A stretch of DNA of 64,000 nucleotides from an uncultured Methanosarcinaceae archaeon (GTDB lineage: Archaea > Halobacteriota > Methanosarcinia > Methanosarcinales > Methanosarcinaceae): assembly GCA_963833425.1 (NCBI GenBank), contig CAWHXP010000012.1, positions 50,400 to 114,399 on the forward strand, read 5' to 3'. This document shows, in pieces, positions 57,294 through 64,000 of this stretch. The number at the start of each line of letters is the position of its first letter. Position 1 is the first letter of the stretch. The translations under genes and the position numbers were made by a program. The notes below the pieces were generated by a model. The model saw nothing but the letters and a program-made list of their open reading frames with translations. It had not been told where the DNA came from and made no database searches.

Positions 57294-57617
57294 TTAGTTT
57301 TTGGCTACCTTCTTTCCTATGAAATATAATAGACCACCACTAACTATTACACCTATTACTGCGGACATGATGTATGCTGCTGAAGCTACGAGCTTCGAAT
57401 CCGCGAAAGAAGGGCCGTTGGGGATGTTATAATCCTGCATTGGTGCATGCCATAAGCCAGAGAGTTCCTCCAATCCAGGAGGTGTATACCCAACCTTATT
57501 CTTAAGCTCATCTGGTGCCCATTCGCCATATGCAGTGCCTGCTGCAAGCAGACCTATAGGCACAAAAATTACCAATAGTACCAAACCAATTGTTAAGTTT
57601 CTTACCGTCTTATCCAC
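57294..57617 (-). CDS. nikN: NikN / PDGLE-domain ECF accessory membrane protein
   Basis: Two TMs flanking GTAYGEW..GLEELSGLWHAPMQDY; follows nikM. Confidence 0.8.
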   Translation of the reverse strand: MDKTVRNLTIGLVLLVIFVPIGLLAAGTAYGEWAPDELKNKVGYTPPGLEELSGLWHAPMQDYNIPNGPSFADSKLVASAAYIMSAVIGVIVSGGLLYFIGKKVAKN

Positions 57618-57626
57618 ATTTTCACC

Positions 57627-58352
57627 TCAGAATGTGACTTCCCTTTTCAGTTCGGTTCTATTGATCCCCGCTTCAGATTTCTCTCCATAAAATACAGAAG
57701 TATCTGTTCTCTGGATATAGGTAAAAATAATTGCTGTAAGCAGTGCTTCAAGAATGCTGAATGCCATAGCATGTTCAAGTACCATGGCAGGAATAGTCAC
57801 GTTCAAGGTATATGGCATATAAATCGGGACTCCTTCAGCCGTGTGTTCCAAAATTGGCTGTATCCCTAATTCAACGCCCGCACAAAGTGATGCCATGGTC
57901 AGAGAAAGCCACCCAGCAATAGCCGCAGCAATAACTCTCGTACGGGATGTAATCACTGAATTACCACTAATCAACTTATAAGCGTAGTAAGCGACAAAGG
58001 GTATCACCACTCCCATATTGAAGCAGTTAGTAGCTATGGCTGTTATTCCTCCATCACCAAAAATGAGTGCCTGCAATACCAAAGTTACAGAAATAGCTAT
58101 AACTGCTGCACATGGACCTATGACTAAGGCGATAATTCCACCTCCCACGGCATGGCCTGTGCTGCCTCCTGGAACAGGGACGTTAAACATCATTATTACA
58201 AATGAGAATGCGGCTGATAGCGCCAGCAGAGGGACTTGTCTGGACTTTAACTCTGTGGTCAGCTCCTTTCCTGCATGATACCATATCGGGATCATAATGA
58301 TCCAGAACGCAATATATGTATGCGGCCCTAAATAGCCGTCTGGAATGTGCAT
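57627..58352 (-). CDS. nikM: ECF nickel substrate-binding component
   Basis: N-terminal MHIPDGYL, PGGSTGH, LQALIFGDGGITA. Confidence 0.9.
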   Translation of the reverse strand: MHIPDGYLGPHTYIAFWIIMIPIWYHAGKELTTELKSRQVPLLALSAAFSFVIMMFNVPVPGGSTGHAVGGGIIALVIGPCAAVIAISVTLVLQALIFGDGGITAIATNCFNMGVVIPFVAYYAYKLISGNSVITSRTRVIAAAIAGWLSLTMASLCAGVELGIQPILEHTAEGVPIYMPYTLNVTIPAMVLEHAMAFSILEALLTAIIFTYIQRTDTSVFYGEKSEAGINRTELKREVTF

Positions 58353-58969
58353 TTTCTCTCTTCTCCTAACTCATTTTCTATGGTTCTAAACTAAAATCGT
58401 TATTTAAGCTAAATAATTCTTCATGATATTGAAAATTCTTTTTATGCAAAGAATAATAACACTCTTAAAGCTGGCTTTTTTAGAGTGTTTTCCGGAGACT
58501 GCGAAGCTTTATAAATATATTATATGCTATTTTTAATGATTATTTCTAACAAATGTCAGACTCACGCACTTGAGAATCAAAATCAAATGCAGTCAGATTT
58601 GTGGTTTAACTTAGATTTTAGACAATTAAATAGTCATTCTATTGGTTTTTCAGTTCAACTACATAAGTCCTAGAGTGTTATTATAATACTAGATTGTTAT
58701 GTGTTACATATGTATCTTTTTATATTACTATTTTGGACGAATTTTAATTTTATTCTTAAGTCAAGCTTTATTCCCATCTTACATAGGTATGGGAAATCCT
58801 TTGTATTTGAGTCAAAATGTGAATTATAATGATAACTTGGGCCAGGAAAAAAACAAGAAACTTTTGCAGATCTCGGAATAAAGTAATTCTCATAAAGATC
58901 GGGTATCAATAAAAAGGAAAATAGCTGAAAAGATAGATTTGGGTAGATTGAAATTAATATAATGGTCAA
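58285..58969. repeat. About 690-bp duplication, copy 2
   Basis: Matches 52231-52920. Confidence 0.92.
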
Positions 58970-59325
58970 ACTTTTCTAATCAGTAACTTATTGATATTTG
59001 TAATTTTACCGAAAATTATCAAGTTATTGTAAATTCTTCTAGTTTGTCCCTGTCTAAATTAATCACTACTCCATTTTTTTTTTTCCGAACAGATTCTTTA
59101 GGCCAAATTTATTGGCTTTATAAAAGCCCTTAAGACATTAACATTTTCCAGGAAAAAGGAGATAAAAGGTTTTATTGAATAGTAGATCCTTATTTTTCAT
59201 GCTCTTTCCTTGTAGCTGAAATTCCCTATCTGCATGCTTTTACAGATGAGGAAAATCAAGTGCTTCAAGGTCAAATAACAAAATTAGAAGGCGTTGTTAT
59301 TTTTGTGTCTGTTCGTATAACCAGA

Positions 59326-59828
59326 TGTGAGTATGATAAACTTATATTTAACATTTTTTGTAATATTTGTTATATTTAATGTTATTATCTCTAAATATCA
59401 TAACACCTTTCAGAGAGTAATACATCATTCAAGAACAGACGTGGGAACTTTTCACCCCGAAAAATGGAACGGTACTTATCGATTCAGGCACCTGGGAAAT
59501 TTCAGCTTCTTCTGTTTCCAGGATTATTAAAGAACTGGATTGAAGGTTTTCAATATGATAGTATAAATTTATGCAGTTTTCAGAGAAGCACTGGAAAAAA
59601 TAAGTACAACAAATAGGATGGAAAGGGTTAACAAAGAACTCAAAAGACGAAGTAGGATAATAATGGGATTCCCTAGCCAGAAATCATTATTGAAACTCGT
59701 AGTATCAATACTCATAGATATAAATTAGGACTGGACAACAGGAAAAAGGTATACACTAATGGTGCAGTAATCAAAAAAGGAAATTAATGGGTGTAGAGCA
59801 AATTTTACAGAAAATTATACACATTATC
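59326..59828 (+). mobile_element. IS256-family remnant, internally deleted
   Basis: STTNRMERVNKELKRRSRI..FPSQKSLLKL motif; right end TTTACAGAAAATTATACACATTATC. Confidence 0.75.
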
Positions 59829-60483
59829 CAACTCTCTGTATGTTCTATACTTATAGTTACATATTTGCATATGCTATTCGATATGTACACAGGAATTCAG
59901 AAAATTTCTTGAACAAAAAAATTCTTGATTCTGATCTTTAATTATCCAGCCTAAGAAAAATTATTTAGATGATAACTATTTTTGATGCAATAAATATTCC
60001 TGACACTAAATGATGAAAAAAAATGAAAATATGATTACAGCCAATATTTACAAAAATAAGCCAACGAAACTGCTCAGTGAATCTTACTAAATACGGTTTT
60101 GATATTTTTTTCCCTAGGCTGAAGAAATTCATTTCTTTTTTAAAAGAAAACAATTTATGTGAAAACTATAACTTTCTCAGAGGCCTTAATATTACTCACC
60201 TGTCAGTCAGGAAACTTGGGTAATTTCAAATTTAAGTACTTAAAAGAACTATGGTGTCCTGCTCAGTATTGAATCTTTCCAAAATCTTTTCTTGCATATC
60301 ATCCGTAAAATATCAACATTTTTGGATTTTTAAGGGTAATAAGTTTGGCCCAGTTGTTGTTCAATAACTCACATTTATAGACTATTTTTCCCTGTATTAA
60401 ATAATACAATTTTTAAATTTAATAGCATAAAATGCAATTAAATAAACGAAAAATATTAAATATGGTTTGCCATACATCCATAT

Positions 60484-60572
60484 GAGAATTTCGATAAATT
60501 TCCGACTTCAATGAATTGCTTATATCTAATTCATAGACAACCAGCTAAAAATTGAAATTTATTGTAGTCCTC
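60484..60572. mobile_element. MITE family A copy
   Basis: GAGAATTTCGATAAA ... TTTATTGTAGTCCTC, 89 bp. Confidence 0.72.
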
Positions 60573-61403
60573 CAAAATATTTCATGAGTTGAAAAGATTA
60601 AAACCGTTCCTGAGATATAATGGATCATGTCTATGTGTTGTTGAAAATTGTAAACACGAGATTCTATCTACATTATTCCAAAAATGGAGACATACTCAGT
60701 TTTCAGATTTAATAAGTGATTCAGGGACACAATCTAAAATTTTGTTTTGTGGATATATATAAGGAGAGATTTAAGCCTGCATCATGAACAATTAATAGCA
60801 ACACACCCAATGATACACTCAGAAGCGATGGCTGAAATGTGGGAACTTCTGACTGAAGAACAGAAAAAGCAGTTGCAGGAATGAGAATGGATATGATAAT
60901 ACAATGGATGGAAGCAAAAATCAATGATATGGAAGAGGTGATCGCGCTAAAGACAAAAGGTATTGCCGACATTCTAATTGTCCAGAAAATGTTGAAATAA
61001 AATATGGAAGTTATACAGAATAAATATTCAAAATTTGTTGATATCCAGGTTTCTTGCTTGGATATTAAGCATGATTAGAATAATCAATTACAGAACCATT
61101 TTTATGAAGCTTCAATGAACAAGTTTCATGGGGCTTTGGACAATAGTAGAAGTATTAACAAATCGGAGTTGAAACCAATGGAAAAAAAATCATTTGACAG
61201 GGTAAAAAAAGACAATATCTATTTTGCTTGCAGTCTTTTTTAATATTAGTGGCAGCTGCAACAGTATGTGCAGAAGAAGTTACAGGAACAGCTACAGATA
61301 CAAATTCGCATGATGCAGGAACAGCATCAGCTGCAGCAACATCGATAGGTTCTTCAGGTAACTAATTGAGGAAATGTCAATAATATTCCATTTGGTCATC
61401 GTA

Positions 61404-61492
61404 TAGAATTTCGATAAAGTCCAACTTTTGACTGATTGTTTATAGAGTCTATATAAGCAATTTGCTGAAATAAGAAGTTTATCGTAATTCTT
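61404..61492. mobile_element. MITE family A copy (opposite orientation)
   Basis: TAGAATTTCGATAAA ... TTTATCGTAATTCTT, 89 bp; reverse complement aligns with the 60484 copy. Confidence 0.72.
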
Positions 61493-61731
61493 TATAATAT
61501 TAAGATTTACGCACATAAAGTATGAAATCAAGTACATTAGACGTTGTGATTGATACTTTAATTTTAAACAGTTGAAGATTTAATGCTATTGATTCTCAGT
61601 TCAATCGCTTATATACGCCTCGCCAGCCCAATTAACTAGCCAAGCGATACCCACATTAATAGGTAGGAAGCCACATCCACCAGCCAAATCCATTATCAAG
61701 AATGATATTCTGGGTATTCTTGGAAAATTTA

Positions 61732-62993
61732 CTACCCCTTCTCCAAGCTGACGAGTAGTGTCACACCAACCAGAGCCATGATCAGTACGATCACCCATCC
61801 CAAGAAATTACTCACTCTCGAGCTGACAAACTGACCCATGACGTCTTTTTTGTTCCTGATCATAACTTACCAACGCTATCAGAGGTGGTGCAACCAAGCC
61901 GTTCAACGCGGCCGTGTAGTAGAGGGCCATTATCGGGTTGATTCCGAGCCAGTTGAAGGACATGTCGATCAGTGTAGATGCGGAAATTACCGCGTAGAAC
62001 TCCGGAGCTCGGCCTGGCTTCTTGCCGCCCCCCTCCTTCAGCCCGAGCGTCTCGGCCACAGCGTACGCCGACGAGCCTGCTAGTACCGGGATAGCGAGAA
62101 GCCCAGTGCCGATGATCCCAGCCGCAAAGAACAGGTAGGCAAAGTCGCCAGCTTGCGGCCGCAGGGCCTCTGTAGCATCTGCAGCGGTCTTAATTGTGGT
62201 GATCCCACCGGCGTGTAGTGGGCGGCAGTTGCGACAATGATGATAAACATGATGATCTGGGAGTAGGACATTCCAATGCATGTGTCCCAGTCCATCTCGG
62301 TTATACCCCATCGCGTTACACATGGTTTCCCGATACCAATCTCGGCAATTTGGCCCTTCACTATCTCTTCTTCGACTTCCTGCGACGCCTGCCAGAAGAA
62401 AAGGTACGGGGAAATAGTCGTGCCTAGGATCGCAACGATGTTGAGCAGGTAGTACGCCGAGAATTCAAGGTGTGGGACCAACGTGGCGTGGAAAACCACT
62501 CCCCAGTCCAGCCTGACGACGAGGTCTGCCAGGACATATGATAAGAGGGTTAGTGCAAGTACTTAGGGATCCTCGAATAGGCAATATAAGGAATAAAAAC
62601 CTCAAGGGCGATGATAACCATCGTGATGAGGACAAGCCAAACGATGAATGCCAGCCCCAGCAGCATCTGCGCAGAAGAGGCCATAGCCTCGAGATCCGCG
62701 CCGATGTTGATCGTGTTCGCGATCACGAGCAAAGAGACTGTTATGTACAGCACCCGCCTCGAATAGTTCTCGCGAATGACGCTGGCTAGTCCCTTTCCAG
62801 TCACCATCCCGATCCGGCCGCACATCTGCAGGATGACGATCATGAATGGACAGATGAACCAAACGAGCCAGAGTTGACCGTACCCGAAGATGGCTCCAGT
62901 TTGCACGTAGGTTGCGATACCGGAGGGATCAGCATCGGTGATGACTCCAGGGCCGATATTCCCGAGCAGCCGTTTAAGGGTCTTCAGGAGCAT
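61732..62993 (-). pseudogene. NRAMP-family divalent cation transporter, fragmented
   Basis: DPSGIATY, MCGRIGMVTGKG, AILGTTISPYLFFWQ, GIIGTGLLAIPVLAGS; deletion in the GAADDDP motif; several frameshifts. Confidence 0.85.
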
Positions 62994-63243
62994 AAGGCCT
63001 TATTCTCCTTGTCTCGCCTTATAAGGGGCGATGTGGATTGCGATGATTTGGTCATACTGCCCTGAGAGAATGAAAACCAACAATAGTAGATGACATGAGC
63101 ATTCAACCGGCATTTTGCATTTCATATTGTTACATCCAAGATATCTAAAGGATATTCATTGGTCATTGGTCATCGGTTAACATTTAAAATGTTATTTTTG
63201 CCAAATATTTCATATTACTTAAATATATTAAATCCATTCGATA

Positions 63244-63334
63244 GAGAATTTTGATAAATCCCAATGTTTTGCTGATTGCTCATAAAGTATAAATATAAAC
63301 AATTTGTTGAAATTGGAGGTTTATCAAAATTCTC
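63244..63334. mobile_element. MITE family A copy
   Basis: Perfect 15-bp IRs GAGAATTTTGATAAA / TTTATCAAAATTCTC, 91 bp. Confidence 0.75.
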
Positions 63335-63559
63335 AATAGTGTTCCAGTCGCTCCTTAGTTTAAAAACACGATCTGTAATATTTTCCCTGAAATGTGGTCG
63401 AATAAAATTGCCAAAAAACAGATATTATAAAACGTGAACTTGAAATTAAATCGATGTAATTTTTGGGTCTTATTTCGTGGTTTTTGTGTCCCTAACCAAT
63501 GTACAATTGCAGGTTTATATGAAATAAGCAAATACCTAAATAAGCGACCATAGATGGTA

Positions 63560-64000
63560 CTACCGCTTTACCCTGTATTCTTTGGCATGGGCAAGTTGGC
63601 GCTCGATGGCGTCTCGGTTCCACCCGTGTTCATTCAACAGTCTGCTGGCCATGCTCCTAAAACCATGGCCACTCATCTCATCCTTGGCATACCCCATGCG
63701 CCGCAGGGCGGACAAAATTGCGTTGCTGCTCATCGGCCTTGAATCGGTCCTGGGGCTCGGAAAGACAAACCTGCCATGCCCGGTAAGGGGTGCATCCCCC
63801 GCAAGATGTCAGGGCTTGTCTTGATAACGGGACGATGTGCACGGCGCCAGCCTTCATCTTCTCTGCCGGGATTCTCCATTCTGCCGTCTCAAGATTGAAT
63901 TCAGACCACTCCGCCTGTCGCAACTCCCCCGGCCGGACAAAAAACAAGGGCGCCAATTGCAGGGCGCAACGGGTCACGATACTACCCCGGAAATTGCTAT
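63560..64000 (-). pseudogene. P4-like tyrosine integrase, C-terminal part, frameshifted and truncated; runs off the window
   Basis: FVRPGELR, WRIPAEKMK, HIVPLS, then GHGFRSMAS, AIERQLAH in another frame; stops before the catalytic Tyr. Confidence 0.88.

Noticed and set aside
60810..61400. Protein-like fragments on the plus strand
   Set aside because: Frameshifted short relics with no identifiable family.

Overview
AT-rich archaeal DNA, most likely Methanosarcina/Methanosarcinaceae (inferred from nifH-nifI1-nifI2-nifDKEN order, a PGF-pre-PGF/PKD surface protein and HisKA_2 PAS kinase). Intact modules: a Mo-nitrogenase operon, amtB, a divergent APC permease + PP2C phosphatase pair behind five exactly spaced promoter-like units, a nickel ECF transporter split into two half-operons around nikR, a beta-helix surface protein, a ynfA pair and uspA. 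About 20 other genes or elements are decayed, including every Mo-uptake-related gene visible, glnK, ppa, a KimA-like transporter, nicotianamine synthase and NRAMP. There are IS6, IS5, IS605 and IS256 copies or remnants, three MITE families and a bacterial P4-type integrase fragment. The most unusual items are a nine-repeat poly-HTH protein with variable recognition helices, the 68-bp promoter array before the permease/phosphatase pair, and the reciprocally decayed nik duplication. No rRNA, tRNA or CRISPR seen. All calls come from manual reading, without database searches.
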